Part shown: positions 21,265 to 31,484 of the stretch, piece after piece
How the letters are laid out: each line of letters begins with the position of its first letter
Position numbering within the stretch: the first letter of the stretch is position 1
Origin: an uncultured Gemmatimonadales bacterium
GTDB taxonomy: Bacteria; Gemmatimonadota; Gemmatimonadetes; Gemmatimonadales; Gemmatimonadaceae
NCBI GenBank assembly: GCA_963701965.1
Contig: OY969695.1
Coordinates: 2,112,001-2,176,000, forward strand
Length of the DNA stretch: 64,000 nucleotides
Reading direction: 5' to 3'
Position numbers and translations under genes: made by a program
Notes under the pieces: generated by a model
Told to the model about the DNA's origin: nothing
What the model saw: only the letters and a program-made list of their open reading frames with translations
Databases searched by the model: none

Positions 21265-22148
21265 CGGCCGTTCCGATGCTCACGCTGCAGCACCGCCTCG
21301 GCGGCTACCGCGAGTACGCGGCCCCGGCGGCACTGGCGGCGTGGTGCGAGAACGTGTGGCTCTATAAGACGGCGGAGGTCGCCACCCAAGCCGTGCACCG
21401 GGTCCTGCCCGACCCTGCGCTCAACATCCAGTTCTCCTACCGGCGCGACCGGTGGGGCGACGTGCACGACGCCCGCCTACTCGTCTCCGCCGGCAACCTG
21501 ACGCCCGTGGTCGCCGGGTTCGAGCCGGGCCGTGAGATCGTGGCGCTCAAGGTCAAGCTCGAATGGATGGAAGCCGTCGCCGGTCTGGACGCGAACGAGA
21601 TGCGCGAGCGGACGATCGACCTTGACGACATCGAGCCCGGCCTCGCGCCCGCACTCCTGGACGAGCTCTCGGAGGCACGGGCAATCGAGGCGGTGACGGC
21701 GGCCTTCATCGCCCGCGTTGGCGGACATGTCACGCGCCGGCTCCGCGCCACGCCCACCGTCGCCGGCCGCGCCATGGATCTGGTGCGCCGCGCACACGGC
21801 GCCGCCAACGTCGGCGGCATCGCCGATCGAATCGGCGTGTCGCCGCGATATCTCCGCCGCGTGGTGGACCGCGACGCGGGAATTTCGCTCAAGGCCTACG
21901 CCCGCACGGTGCGTCTCCTGCACGCTATCACGACCGCCGACGCCCAGCCCGACGACGGTGTCTCATGGGCCGCGGTGGCGGCCGGCGCGGGATACTACGA
22001 CCAGGCGCATCTCATCCGCGAATGCCAGGCGCTGTGCGGCCTCACGCCAGTCGAAGTGCTGCGCGAGCGCCGCACCGAGACGGACGGCGTGCTCGTTACC
22101 TGGGATCAAACCGGCACAGGATCCCCCACCCCGCGGTCGTCTCGGTAA
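21261..22148 (+). CDS. AraC family regulator (DUF6597-type N-terminus)
   Basis: YREYAAP...RVLPD N-terminus; C-terminal GYYDQAHLIRE. Confidence 0.88.
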   Translation: MTAVPMLTLQHRLGGYREYAAPAALAAWCENVWLYKTAEVATQAVHRVLPDPALNIQFSYRRDRWGDVHDARLLVSAGNLTPVVAGFEPGREIVALKVKLEWMEAVAGLDANEMRERTIDLDDIEPGLAPALLDELSEARAIEAVTAAFIARVGGHVTRRLRATPTVAGRAMDLVRRAHGAANVGGIADRIGVSPRYLRRVVDRDAGISLKAYARTVRLLHAITTADAQPDDGVSWAAVAAGAGYYDQAHLIRECQALCGLTPVEVLRERRTETDGVLVTWDQTGTGSPTPRSSR

Positions 22149-22560
22149 CGGAGACCACGAGCTCGTTCTTCCCTTTCACCAGCGGCAGGTACACCGCGTC
22201 GGCGTAAGGATAGGCGTACCCGAGGTCCAGCGGGTCGCGATAGTGCATGCTGTTGCGCCCCTGGTAGAGCGGGTGCCCGTTGAGATAGACCACCACGTCA
22301 TCGCTGTACCCGATCCACATCTTGCGCGGGCCCGCCTGGTCGGCCGTGATGGTGGTTCGCGCGAACACGACCTTGGTGCCCGGCGACAGGGCGGCCGGCG
22401 CATCGGGCAAGGCGTGCGGACCCTCGACACTGGGATCCGGCCGATAGCGGGCGATGAACACGAGTCCGTTCGACTCCGTAGTGACCGGCTCCCAGTTGAG
22501 CGCCGGCACGTCCGGGTACACGTCCGGTTTGGTCTGGGTGCGCGCCTCCGTGTGGTGGTG
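22096..22560 (-). pseudogene. Probable 5'-truncated gene fragment (beta-rich C-terminal domain)
   Basis: Protein-like sequence (GYSDDVVVYLNG, LPLVKGKNELVV, GWG) with no credible start or RBS; begins abruptly at a hairpin (22561-22589). Confidence 0.55.
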
Positions 22561-22637
22561 GCGCCGTGCGCGACGCACACGCACGGCGCGTGGGCCGCGC
22601 GACTCCCCGCGGCCCTCACATTTCTCTTCGGGGGAGC

Positions 22638-23489
22638 CTAGCTACCCACGCCCACGGGTACGGCCTGCCGCGCGAATGCCAGAAGGTCGTTGTTGAATTG
22701 CGTCTGGTGCGTGCTCATGAGACCGTGCGGCGCGCCCGGATACACCTTGAGCGTGGCGCCCTTGATCATCTTCGACGACCGCATGCCGCCGACATTGATG
22801 GGCACGATCTGGTCGTCTTCGCCATGGATGACCAGCGTCGGGACGTCGAACTTCGCGAGGTCCGCGGTGAAGTCCGTCTCCGAGAAGGCTTTGATGCACT
22901 GGTACGCCGCCGCCAAGCCACACTGTCCGCTCATGTGCCAGAATGCCTCGCGGATGCCTTGGGAGACTTTGGACCCGGGACGGTTCGCGCCGTAGAACGG
23001 GAGGCTGAATTCCATCCAGTACTGCGACCGGTCCTGGTTGGCGACGCCGGCGCGAATTTGGTCGAAGACTTCGATGGGGACGCCGTCCGGATTCTTGGGG
23101 CCTTTGAGCAGGAGCGGCGGGACCGCACTGACGAGCACGGCTTTGGCCACGCGATCCGAGCCGTGACGGCCAATGTAACGCGCTACTTCGCCGCCGCCGG
23201 TCGAGTGTCCGACGTGGATGACGTTCGAGAGCTCGAGCTCATGGACGAGCGTCGCCAGGTCGTCGGCGTACGTGTCCATGTCGTTGCCATCCCAGGTCTG
23301 GGTCGATCGGCCGTGCCCGCGACGGTCGTGGGCGATGGCCCGGAAGCCGTTCTGTGCGAAGAAGAACAGCTGGTCATCCCACGCGTCCGCGTTGAGAGGC
23401 CAGCCGTGGCTGAACACGACCGGTTGACCGCTGCCCCAGTCTTTGAAGTAGATCCTTGCGCCGTCCTTGGCCTTGATCTGATGCATCAT
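22638..23489 (-). CDS. Non-heme chloroperoxidase-like alpha/beta hydrolase
   Basis: IYFKDWG, FSHGWPL, nucleophile [16 protein letters not shown] and APHG. Confidence 0.93.
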   Translation of the reverse strand: MMHQIKAKDGARIYFKDWGSGQPVVFSHGWPLNADAWDDQLFFFAQNGFRAIAHDRRGHGRSTQTWDGNDMDTYADDLATLVHELELSNVIHVGHSTGGGEVARYIGRHGSDRVAKAVLVSAVPPLLLKGPKNPDGVPIEVFDQIRAGVANQDRSQYWMEFSLPFYGANRPGSKVSQGIREAFWHMSGQCGLAAAYQCIKAFSETDFTADLAKFDVPTLVIHGEDDQIVPINVGGMRSSKMIKGATLKVYPGAPHGLMSTHQTQFNNDLLAFARQAVPVGVGS

Positions 23490-23588
23490 CGCGCTCCGCT
23501 TCGAGGGAGCCCGCAAGCAATCCATTCCCACCGGCGGGCGCCACTTCCGGTATGTTGGACTTTGGTCCCATGCCCTACTTTTCCCCGC

Positions 23589-24083
23589 ATGGCCGACGAA
23601 ACGCCGGATCTGCGGGGGCTGCCCAAGAGCGAGGCGTATGCGTTGTTGATCCAGCACGTCTCCGCAGTGCTCGATGGCGTGCGCGACCCGATCGCCGGGA
23701 TGGCGACTATGAGCGCGCTCATCCACCACGGGTTCGGACATTTGTGGACCGGATTCTATCGGGTCGTCGAACCCGGCCGCGCCCTCCGTGTCGGGCCGTA
23801 CCAAGGCACCCTCGGCTGCCTGGACATCGCGTTCGGCCGCGGCGTGTGCGGCACCGCGGCCGCCGAGCGGCGCACGGTTGTCGTCTCGGATGTGCACGCC
23901 TTTCCCGGACATATCACCTGCGACGCGCGGTCGCGGTCGGAGATCGTGGTGCCCGTCTTCGACGGGGCCCATGATCTCATCGCCGTGCTCGACATCGACA
24001 GCGAGCGGCCCGCGACGTTCGACGATGAGGATCGTATGGGACTCGAGCGCCTGATGACATGGTTCGCATCGTCATCGCGTTGA
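23589..24083 (+). CDS. msrC: GAF protein, free methionine-R-sulfoxide reductase-like
   Basis: [23 protein letters not shown] and SEIVVP. Confidence 0.8.
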   Translation: MADETPDLRGLPKSEAYALLIQHVSAVLDGVRDPIAGMATMSALIHHGFGHLWTGFYRVVEPGRALRVGPYQGTLGCLDIAFGRGVCGTAAAERRTVVVSDVHAFPGHITCDARSRSEIVVPVFDGAHDLIAVLDIDSERPATFDDEDRMGLERLMTWFASSSR

Positions 24084-25198
24084 CGCTCGCGCTCGTGACC
24101 GACGCGGCGAGCGCACAGGCACCGGGGCGACCACGCGCCCGCGAAGCGGGCGTCGTGATCGGCGTCTTTCAGCCGGGCCCTCTCAATGCCATCACCGACG
24201 TCGCGGGCGTGCGCGTAGGCCACAGCACCGTGATCCAGGGTGACACCATACACACCGGCGTCACGGCGATTCTGCCGCATGGCGGGAACGTGTTTCGCGA
24301 CCGCGTGCCCGCGGCGATCTACGTGCTGAACGGCTTTGGCAAATTGATTGGGTCGACGCAGGTCGCGGAGCATGGAGAACTGGAGACGCCGATCCTGCTC
24401 ACCTGCACGCTGTGCGTGTGGAAGGCGGCGGATGCGATGGTCGCGTATCTGCTGGAGCAACCCGACATGCAGCAGGTGCGCTCCATCAATCCGGTCGTCG
24501 GCGAGACGAACGACGGGGAATTGAGCGACATCCGCGCCCGTCCGATCACGGAGGCGACGGTCCGCGCGGCTCTGCAAAGCGCGCGCGAGGGCCCGGTCGC
24601 CGAGGGCAGCGTCGGCGCTGGCGCCGGCACGCAGGCCCTTGGCTGGAAGGGAGGGATCGGCACCAGCTCCCGGAAGTTGCCGGACAAGTACAGTGGATAT
24701 ACCGTCGGCGTGCTCGTGCAGTCGAATTACGGCGGCATTCTCACGATCAACGGCGCGCCCGTGGGCCGCGAGCTCCACCGTTACGATTTCGCCAAAGGCA
24801 ACGGATCGTGCATGATGGTCGTCGCCACCGACGCCCCGCTCACATCGCGCGACCTCGAGCGCGTGGCCAAACGCGCCACACTGGGGCTCGCGCGCACGGG
24901 CTCCTACGCCGGGCCCGGCTCCGGCGATTACGTCATCGCCTTCTCGACCGCGGCCGGCGCGCGCCGCCACGCCGGCACCGGCCCGTATCAGACCGAGCAG
25001 CTCCGGCACGACGACCTCGGGCCGCTTTTCGAGGCGACGGTCGAAGCGACAGAAGAGGCGCTCGTGAACTCGCTGTTCCAGGCGACGGACGTGACGTATC
25101 GCGGTCGCACGACCCAGGCTTTGCCGATCGACCGCACGCTGGCCATTCTCGCCAAGTACCACGCCCTGCACTGGGACCGCGACCTGCCGGTTGACTAA
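24059..25198 (+). CDS. DmpA/P1 family aminopeptidase with signal peptide
   Basis: [35 protein letters not shown] and autoprocessing site G-S in [10 protein letters not shown]. Confidence 0.92.
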   Translation: MVRIVIALTLALVTDAASAQAPGRPRAREAGVVIGVFQPGPLNAITDVAGVRVGHSTVIQGDTIHTGVTAILPHGGNVFRDRVPAAIYVLNGFGKLIGSTQVAEHGELETPILLTCTLCVWKAADAMVAYLLEQPDMQQVRSINPVVGETNDGELSDIRARPITEATVRAALQSAREGPVAEGSVGAGAGTQALGWKGGIGTSSRKLPDKYSGYTVGVLVQSNYGGILTINGAPVGRELHRYDFAKGNGSCMMVVATDAPLTSRDLERVAKRATLGLARTGSYAGPGSGDYVIAFSTAAGARRHAGTGPYQTEQLRHDDLGPLFEATVEATEEALVNSLFQATDVTYRGRTTQALPIDRTLAILAKYHALHWDRDLPVD

Positions 25199-25199
25199 T

Positions 25200-25219
25200 T
25201 CATAACCTGCCGGTTATGA
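25200..25219. promoter_or_regulatory. ArsR operator overlapping the -10 element
   Basis: TCATAACC-TGCC-GGTTATGA palindrome; TATGAT lies 6 nt before the GTG. Confidence 0.8.
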
Positions 25220-25226
25220 TTCGGAC

Positions 25227-25550
25227 GTGCAGACCGCGCCCGATCTCGTCTTTTTCACCCTGGCCGATCCGACTCGACGGGCGATCTTCGAACGGCTGAG
25301 CCGGCACGGCGAACTGACCGTCCGGACGTTGACGGACCACTCCGGCGTGTCACAGCCAGCGGTGTCCAAGCACCTCGGAGTCCTCAAGAACGCCGGACTC
25401 GTCCATGACCGGCGCGACGGACGCCAGACCCACTACCGCGTGGAGCCCCAAGGCTTGGCGCCACTGATCGACTGGATGAGCCACTACGGGGCATTCTGGC
25501 GCGATCGCTTCGATCGGCTGGAGAATCTGCTCGACCGGATGGACTCATGA
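25227..25550 (+). CDS. ArsR/SmtB family regulator
   Basis: LADPTRRAI and SQPAVSKHLGVL. Confidence 0.93.
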   Translation: MQTAPDLVFFTLADPTRRAIFERLSRHGELTVRTLTDHSGVSQPAVSKHLGVLKNAGLVHDRRDGRQTHYRVEPQGLAPLIDWMSHYGAFWRDRFDRLENLLDRMDS

Positions 25551-25987
25551 GCCAAACCGCCGACACCACACGGTCGATCGTGATGGAGCGGGACATCCCG
25601 CATCCGGCTGAAAAAGTCTGGCGGGCCCTCACGGATGCCTCGCTGATGGAACAGTGGCTCATGGCGAACGACTTCCAGCCGATCGTGGGACACACCGCCA
25701 CGTTCCGCATGGACCGCGCGCCGCAGTGGAACGGGGTCGCCGAGTCTACGGTCCTCGTGGTCGAGCCGTATCGCCGGCTCTCCTACACGTGGAACGCGAC
25801 CGGGGCGGACGCGGCGACCGGCCCCAGGACGGTCGTCACATGGACGTTGACGCCGACGACGAATGGGGTGCGGCTGCGCATGGAGCACTCGGGCTTCCGG
25901 GCCCATCAGGAGCACAGCTACAAAGGCGCCAGTGGAGCGTGGCCGCGGTTCCTGGCGGCGCTCGAGCAACTGGTCGCCACTATCTGA
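25547..25987 (+). CDS. SRPBCC/AHSA1 domain protein
   Basis: KVWRALT, WLM, LSYTW and EHSGF; ATGA coupling. Confidence 0.92.
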   Translation: MSQTADTTRSIVMERDIPHPAEKVWRALTDASLMEQWLMANDFQPIVGHTATFRMDRAPQWNGVAESTVLVVEPYRRLSYTWNATGADAATGPRTVVTWTLTPTTNGVRLRMEHSGFRAHQEHSYKGASGAWPRFLAALEQLVATI

Positions 25988-25999
25988 GGAGGAATACCG

Positions 26000-26479
26000 A
26001 TGTCAGCACGCATTCGACACCCCGCCATGATCATCCCCGGCGCGATGCAGGCCTTGCAGGGTTTGAGTCGCTCGGCCGACAAAGGAGGCGTCCCCAGCAC
26101 GACGCTCCGTCTGGTGCAGGTCCGGGCCAGCCAGATCAACGGTTGCAGCGTGTGCCTGGACATGCACTGGCGGGAGCTCAAGCAGGCGGGAGAGTCCGAC
26201 GAGCGCATCGTCATGATCTCCGCGTGGCGCGACGCCCCGTACTATACGGATGCCGAGCGCGCGGCACTGGCGTTGACGGAGGCGGTCACGCGCCTCAGTG
26301 ACCGCGAGGACCCGGTCCCCGACGCGGTGTGGCAGGAAGCCGAGCGACATTACGACGAAGACGCGTTGGCCGCGCTCGTGCTCTCGATCGCGGCGATCAA
26401 TGTGTGGAATCGCCTGAGTGTCGCGACCAGGCAGTTGGCGTTCGGCGCCGTGCCCACCGCCCGCGCCGACGCCGCCTGA
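26000..26479 (+). CDS. Carboxymuconolactone decarboxylase/AhpD-like protein
   Basis: RASQINGCSVC and INVWNR; GGAGG RBS. Confidence 0.92.
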   Translation: MSARIRHPAMIIPGAMQALQGLSRSADKGGVPSTTLRLVQVRASQINGCSVCLDMHWRELKQAGESDERIVMISAWRDAPYYTDAERAALALTEAVTRLSDREDPVPDAVWQEAERHYDEDALAALVLSIAAINVWNRLSVATRQLAFGAVPTARADAA

Positions 26480-26551
26480 CCCGCAACAGGGGGCTGGACG
26501 AACACGACTCGGCGGTGCAATCTGCTAGCGTCCCTAACCGAGAGAGAATCT

Positions 26552-27082
26552 GTGCGCGTTCCCTTCGGCGCTGCCGCGCTCGCGTTCGTCTGTATGCCCG
26601 CCTTTGCCATCGCGCAGGGCGCTCCCGTCGCCGATGCCTTTCGCGAGAACGCGAAACACGTCGGCACCAACCTCATGGCCGCCGCGGATGAGATGCCGGC
26701 CGAGAAGTACGCCTTCAAGCCGACCCCGGCCCAGATGTCGTTCGGCCAGATCGTCGTCCACCTCGCCGAAGGCAATGACTATCTCTGCGGCGCGATCGGC
26801 GGCATGAAGGCGCCGACGCGCGACAAGGTCGCGCCGACGGATCCGAAAGACCATCTCGTCGCCCGGCTCAAGGAGACGTTCGCGTTCTGCGATCAGGCGT
26901 TGGCATCGGTCGATGACTCGAAGCTCAGCGAGCAGATACCCCTCTTTGGCGGCAAGCCCCGCTCGCGTGCCTCGATCATGACGATCACGACCGGTGACTG
27001 GGCGGATCACTACTCCCAGTCGGCCATCTACCTGCGACTCAACGGCCTCCTGCCGCCCTCGGCGAAGAAGCCCGCCGCGTAA
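26552..27082 (+). CDS. Secreted DinB family protein
   Basis: Signal peptide, MPAEKYAFKPT and YLRLNGLLPPS. Confidence 0.85.
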   Translation: MRVPFGAAALAFVCMPAFAIAQGAPVADAFRENAKHVGTNLMAAADEMPAEKYAFKPTPAQMSFGQIVVHLAEGNDYLCGAIGGMKAPTRDKVAPTDPKDHLVARLKETFAFCDQALASVDDSKLSEQIPLFGGKPRSRASIMTITTGDWADHYSQSAIYLRLNGLLPPSAKKPAA

Positions 27083-27090
27083 CACGTCAG

Positions 27091-27130
27091 ACGTTCGGTT
27101 GAGCGCCGGGCTCGGCGCTCAGCCGAACGT
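27091..27130. terminator. 18-bp hairpin between convergent genes
   Basis: ACGTTCGGTTGAGCGCCG-GGCT-CGGCGCTCAGCCGAACGT; overlaps the dipZ stop; no U-tract. Confidence 0.65.
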
Positions 27131-28840
27131 GAAGGCGTATACGGCAACGCCGGGGTCCAGAAACTCGATCTCGAATGTGTGATCGACGATCGTGCCGTGC
27201 TGTCGGATGAGTTGGTAGAGTCGCTGCGTTGTGACCGTGCCATTGCCATCGGCATCCGTATCGGTCCCGTGGTCTTCCATGGGCGCCTGTCCGTCGATCC
27301 GGACCCGGAACCGCACCGGACGACCGGTCGCCGTCGGACCGAGCACCAAATGCAGATCGCGCGCGCGGAATCGATATGCGATCCGCCCGGTGCCGCCCGT
27401 CAGCGCGGCGGACTCCGGCCCTATCGTCCAATCGCCGGCGAGCGCCCACGCATTGCGATCGAGAGGCGAGGGTACCGAGTAGGTTGCCGCGCTGTCCCGT
27501 TGCACCGTCTCCGGCGACGCCAACCGCTCGGCACGCCGATACCCGATGTACGTCTCGGGGGACCCGACGCCCTGCTGCGCCGCCGCGGCCTCGGCGCCCG
27601 CCGCGTCGACGGTCGCGGGCGCGGCGCCCGGCGCATGACCGGCCTCCGTCAGCAACGCGCGGATCTCCCGCTCGGTCGCGGCGTCATGCCCCTCGCCCGC
27701 GGCGCGATAGCGAATGCGCCCCGCCGTGTCGACGAGATACTCGGCCGGCCAGTAGTGATTGTCGAGGGCGCGCCAGATCGCGTACGTGTTGTCGAGCGCG
27801 ACCGGATAGGTAACGCCGAGGTCGCGCACGGCGTGCGCGACATTGGTCGGATCGCGCTCGAACGCGAACTCCGGCGAGTGGACCCCGATGATCACGAGCC
27901 CGTCGGCGCCATACCGCGACGCCCACGCTTTGACGTAGGGCAGCGTACGCAGGCAGTTGATGCACGAGTACGTCCACACATCGAGCAGGACGACGTGTCC
28001 GCGCAGACTGGCGGGCGTGAGCGGCGCCGTGTTGATCCAACCCGTCGCGCCGGCGAGATCGGGTAGTGCACCGGCGCCGGCCGCGCCGGCGACGTTCGGC
28101 ACGGGAGGAGTCGCCACTGACGGCCCACCCGCGAGTCCGTCGACCAAGCGTTGCTCCGCGGGAGTCGTACTCGCCAACGACAGCCGCGCGAGAATGCCCG
28201 TGTCCCATCCCATGGCAACGGTCACGACGCCGATCAGCACCGCGACGCCTAGCCCACGCCGGATCCACTCCTCGGCGCCGAGGCTGCGCTTCATGGCGGC
28301 GAACACGCGCGACCCCGCGGCCGTGGCCAACCCGAGCGAGACCGCCGCGCCCGCGGCGAACGCCAGCAGGAGCCCGGTCGTGCGCACGCTCGCGCCGCCG
28401 AGCGCGGCGCTCGTCAGGATGAGACCGAGCACGGGACCGGCGCAGGGCGCCCACAGAAATCCCACCGCGACGCCCAAGAGCAGCGCGCCGCCGATGCCGG
28501 CGCGCGCGTCGGCCCGCTGCTGGAGCCGGCCCCCGAGCGCGACCAAGGGGCGTGTCAGTCGATCGCCGACCGCGGGCAGAATCAGCGCAACGCCAAACAC
28601 CGCCAGCAGGACGAGCGCCGCGCCGCGTCCGACTTGATTGGCGCGCACGACCCACCCGCCACCGATCGCGGCCGTCGACGCCACGGCGGCGAACGTCACC
28701 GCCATACCGATCAACGTCGGCAGCCCGTTGGTGCGGAAGGGACGGTTTGACTGGGCGAACACGAATGGAATGACCGGCAGCACGCAGGGGCTCAGGATCG
28801 TGAGCATGCCGCCGAGGAACGCCAGGACGAAGAGGAGCAC
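27119..28840 (-). CDS. dipZ: DipZ (CcdA domain + thioredoxin + C-terminal domain)
   Basis: SPCVLP, WAPCAGP, WTYSCINC and terminal AFTFG. Confidence 0.92.
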   Translation of the reverse strand: MLLFVLAFLGGMLTILSPCVLPVIPFVFAQSNRPFRTNGLPTLIGMAVTFAAVASTAAIGGGWVVRANQVGRGAALVLLAVFGVALILPAVGDRLTRPLVALGGRLQQRADARAGIGGALLLGVAVGFLWAPCAGPVLGLILTSAALGGASVRTTGLLLAFAAGAAVSLGLATAAGSRVFAAMKRSLGAEEWIRRGLGVAVLIGVVTVAMGWDTGILARLSLASTTPAEQRLVDGLAGGPSVATPPVPNVAGAAGAGALPDLAGATGWINTAPLTPASLRGHVVLLDVWTYSCINCLRTLPYVKAWASRYGADGLVIIGVHSPEFAFERDPTNVAHAVRDLGVTYPVALDNTYAIWRALDNHYWPAEYLVDTAGRIRYRAAGEGHDAATEREIRALLTEAGHAPGAAPATVDAAGAEAAAAQQGVGSPETYIGYRRAERLASPETVQRDSAATYSVPSPLDRNAWALAGDWTIGPESAALTGGTGRIAYRFRARDLHLVLGPTATGRPVRFRVRIDGQAPMEDHGTDTDADGNGTVTTQRLYQLIRQHGTIVDHTFEIEFLDPGVAVYAFTFG

Positions 28841-28869
28841 GGGGGAGGTGGTCGGGTTTGCCCCGAAAT

Positions 28870-29577
28870 TTACTCCAAGCGCGCGCCGAGGCGGTCCCGA
28901 TACGTGCGGCTGACGCGCAGCTCCTGGCCGTCCGCCAGTTGGATCACGCCATCGCGGTTGGGCAGCGGCCGGAAAGCGCGGATGCGATCGACGCGCACGA
29001 TGGTCGACCGGTGGATCCGCACGAAGACTCCCGGATCGAGCCGCCCTTCGAGGCGATGGAGCGGCTCACGGAGCAAATGCGTCCGCTCGGCCGTGTGAAG
29101 CCCCGCGTAGTCGCCAACGCCCTCGATCCAGTCGACCGCCGCGGCCGGGACGAAGATCACCGTGTTGCCGCGCTTGATGGCGAAGCGCTGGGCGAACGGC
29201 GACGCCCCCGTGGCCTGATGCATCTGCCGGGCCCGCTGCACGGCCTCGGCGAAGCGCTGGTCATCGATGGGCTTGAGGAGATAGTCCACGGCGTGGACGT
29301 CGAACGCGCGAAGCGCATGCTGGCCATACGCGGTGATGAAGATAATGAGCGGCAGCTCGGTCTTGGCCAGCGCGCCCAGCGTCTGGAATCCGGAGATCCC
29401 TGGCATCTCGATGTCGAGAAAGACGAGATCGGGCCGGTGGCGCCGGATCGCGGTCAGCGCCGCGTCGCCGTCGGCGCACTCTTCGATGACCACGACATCG
29501 GGATGCGCCGCCAGGCGCGCCACAATCCCGCTGCGCGCCAGCGGTTCGTCGTCGGCGACGATGACGCGGAGCGTCAC
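28870..29577 (-). CDS. LytTR response regulator
   Basis: ADDEPLAR, FLDIEMP, FVRIHRS and VSRTY. Confidence 0.94.
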   Translation of the reverse strand: MTLRVIVADDEPLARSGIVARLAAHPDVVVIEECADGDAALTAIRRHRPDLVFLDIEMPGISGFQTLGALAKTELPLIIFITAYGQHALRAFDVHAVDYLLKPIDDQRFAEAVQRARQMHQATGASPFAQRFAIKRGNTVIFVPAAAVDWIEGVGDYAGLHTAERTHLLREPLHRLEGRLDPGVFVRIHRSTIVRVDRIRAFRPLPNRDGVIQLADGQELRVSRTYRDRLGARLE

Positions 29578-30635
29578 TGGAACGGGAACCGGATGCGGAC
29601 CTCGAAGGTGCCAGCCGCCGCCTGCACAGCGAACGCATGGTTGTCACCATACTGTTGCCGCAATCGCGCGGCGGTGTTCTCGAGGCCAATGCCCGTGGGC
29701 ACCGGCCCGGCGCCCGCCTCGGTGCCGCAATCGTTCGTCACCGCAATGGTCACGTGTCCGTCCCGGCGGTCGGCGTGAATGGCGAGACGCCCGCCGCCGC
29801 GGAGCGGCGCGATGCCGTGACGAATCGCGTTCTCGACAAGCGGTTGCAGCAGCAGGTGCGGCACGCGGGCGGGCAACGCAGCGGCGCTGATGTTCAGCGC
29901 CACGATGAGGCGGTCGCCCAAGCGGATCTTCTCGATCTCCAGATACTGCTCGGTCAGGGCCAGTTCGTCGGCCAATAGCACCAGCGGCTCGGCATCGCCG
30001 GTGAGGGTCGCGCGAAAATAGTCGCCCAGCCGCGCCAACATCATGCGGGCGGGCGCAGACCGACCTTCGACGATGAGCGAGGAGATGGCGTTGAGCGTGT
30101 TGAACAGGAAATGCGGATTGATCTGATACCGCAACGCGCGCAACTCGGCGTCGCGCGCCAAGGCCTCGGCCGCCAGGGCGCGACGGCGCGCCGATTCCAT
30201 CGCCCGATGGTGCCGGATGCCGAGCAACGCCGCGCACCACGCCACGAGGACGAACCACGCGCCCGTGGCGCCGTTGATCGCTTCGCTCCAGTGGAACACC
30301 ACGGGCGGGATATGGCCGTAACGGGCCTCGCCGACGGACGCCGCCGCGGCACACAGCACACCGAGGCCGAGCGATGCGGTGCCGGCCACCGTCATCGCTC
30401 GGCCCCATGACGTGCGCACCCAAGGCATGCGACAGATGAAGGTGAGGATCACGCCGGCGACGCCGCAGGCCACGACGAAGACGACCCGATAGACGACGAG
30501 ATCCAAAACGCTCAGAAATGGGAGCGTGCCGATCGTGAGCGCGAGGATCAGCACGCACCAGGCTATCGCCAGGGCGCGCCAATCGGCTGCGATGGGGTCG
30601 TCTTCGTTGAGATGCGGCACCGGTTCGTCGCTCAC
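29574..30635 (-). CDS. LytS-type membrane histidine kinase
   Basis: QINPHFLFNTLN, LQPLVENAIRHG and GIGLEN. Confidence 0.93.
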   Translation of the reverse strand: MSDEPVPHLNEDDPIAADWRALAIAWCVLILALTIGTLPFLSVLDLVVYRVVFVVACGVAGVILTFICRMPWVRTSWGRAMTVAGTASLGLGVLCAAAASVGEARYGHIPPVVFHWSEAINGATGAWFVLVAWCAALLGIRHHRAMESARRRALAAEALARDAELRALRYQINPHFLFNTLNAISSLIVEGRSAPARMMLARLGDYFRATLTGDAEPLVLLADELALTEQYLEIEKIRLGDRLIVALNISAAALPARVPHLLLQPLVENAIRHGIAPLRGGGRLAIHADRRDGHVTIAVTNDCGTEAGAGPVPTGIGLENTAARLRQQYGDNHAFAVQAAAGTFEVRIRFPFQ

Positions 30636-30665
30636 AATGCACGGGTCGTCGCATCGCCCGCACGG
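30625..30665 (+). promoter_or_regulatory. Putative LytTR direct-repeat binding sites
   Basis: TCGTCGC at 30625 and 30646, and GCACGG at 30639 and 30660 (21-bp period), upstream of TGnTACACT (30702-30710). Confidence 0.55.
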
Positions 30666-30716
30666 TGAGCAGATTGCACGGCGCGGCGGCGCGAGCGGCC
30701 ATGTTACACTGGCGTC

Positions 30717-31484
30717 ATGATCAAACGCAACCCATCACATCGAGTGGCGTGGGCCGCCCTGACCTTCGGGCTCCTCTACGCGTCGCGCGCCACGGCGCAA
30801 GCGACACTCCTCCCGGGATCGTCGACGCTCGTCACCGCGTCGCTCGCCGGAACCAGCGGCGGTATGCGCGTGCTGCAAACGCCGCGGGACAGCACCACCG
30901 CGCACGAACTCGCCTCGGTCCAGTTCGAGCGGCGCCTCGTGCCGCACGTCGCCGATCGCGGTAATGCACCAGGCATTCTCATGCTGTATCACGGGCAAGC
31001 TGGCGGCACGTCGTATGTCGACTCCTCGATGTTCATGTTGCACGGCCTGGCGCCGGTCTGGGAGGTCTGGCACTTCCAGGGGAAGACGAGCCGTTACACC
31101 TACGACGGCGGCCACGTCTCGGTGGTGAGCACATCACCGGACTCGGGAGAGCGTCGCCTGGAGCACACGTATCCCGTTCCGGTCTTCATGTGGCAACAGC
31201 GAAGCGAATTGATGTCGGCCTTGCCGCTGGAGACCGGCTACCGGGCGATTGTGCCGCTCTACTCAGAGGGGGACTTGGCGCTGGAAATGGACACGGTGCA
31301 AGTCGTCGGCGTGAACAGCGCCCAGCGCTGGACGGTGCGATTCGCCGACCCGGTGATCGTGGCGACGTTCGAGATTGACGGCCGCACCCGCGCCATCACC
31401 GCGTACTCCCACACATTCCGCAAGAGCGGGGACGTCATGCGCTGGGTCGTGGCGCCGCAAACACTGTCTTCCAATCGTTCTTGA
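30717..31484 (+). CDS. Secreted hypothetical protein (likely LytTR target)
   Basis: 255 aa with signal peptide (ATA-Q); divergent from the LytS/LytTR pair. Confidence 0.75.
   Translation: MIKRNPSHRVAWAALTFGLLYASRATAQATLLPGSSTLVTASLAGTSGGMRVLQTPRDSTTAHELASVQFERRLVPHVADRGNAPGILMLYHGQAGGTSYVDSSMFMLHGLAPVWEVWHFQGKTSRYTYDGGHVSVVSTSPDSGERRLEHTYPVPVFMWQQRSELMSALPLETGYRAIVPLYSEGDLALEMDTVQVVGVNSAQRWTVRFADPVIVATFEIDGRTRAITAYSHTFRKSGDVMRWVVAPQTLSSNRS

Noticed and set aside
22566..23588. Long N-terminal extension of the GAF protein (505-aa ORF)
   Set aside because: It is antisense to the hydrolase gene; the GAF-like sequence begins at ATG 23589.
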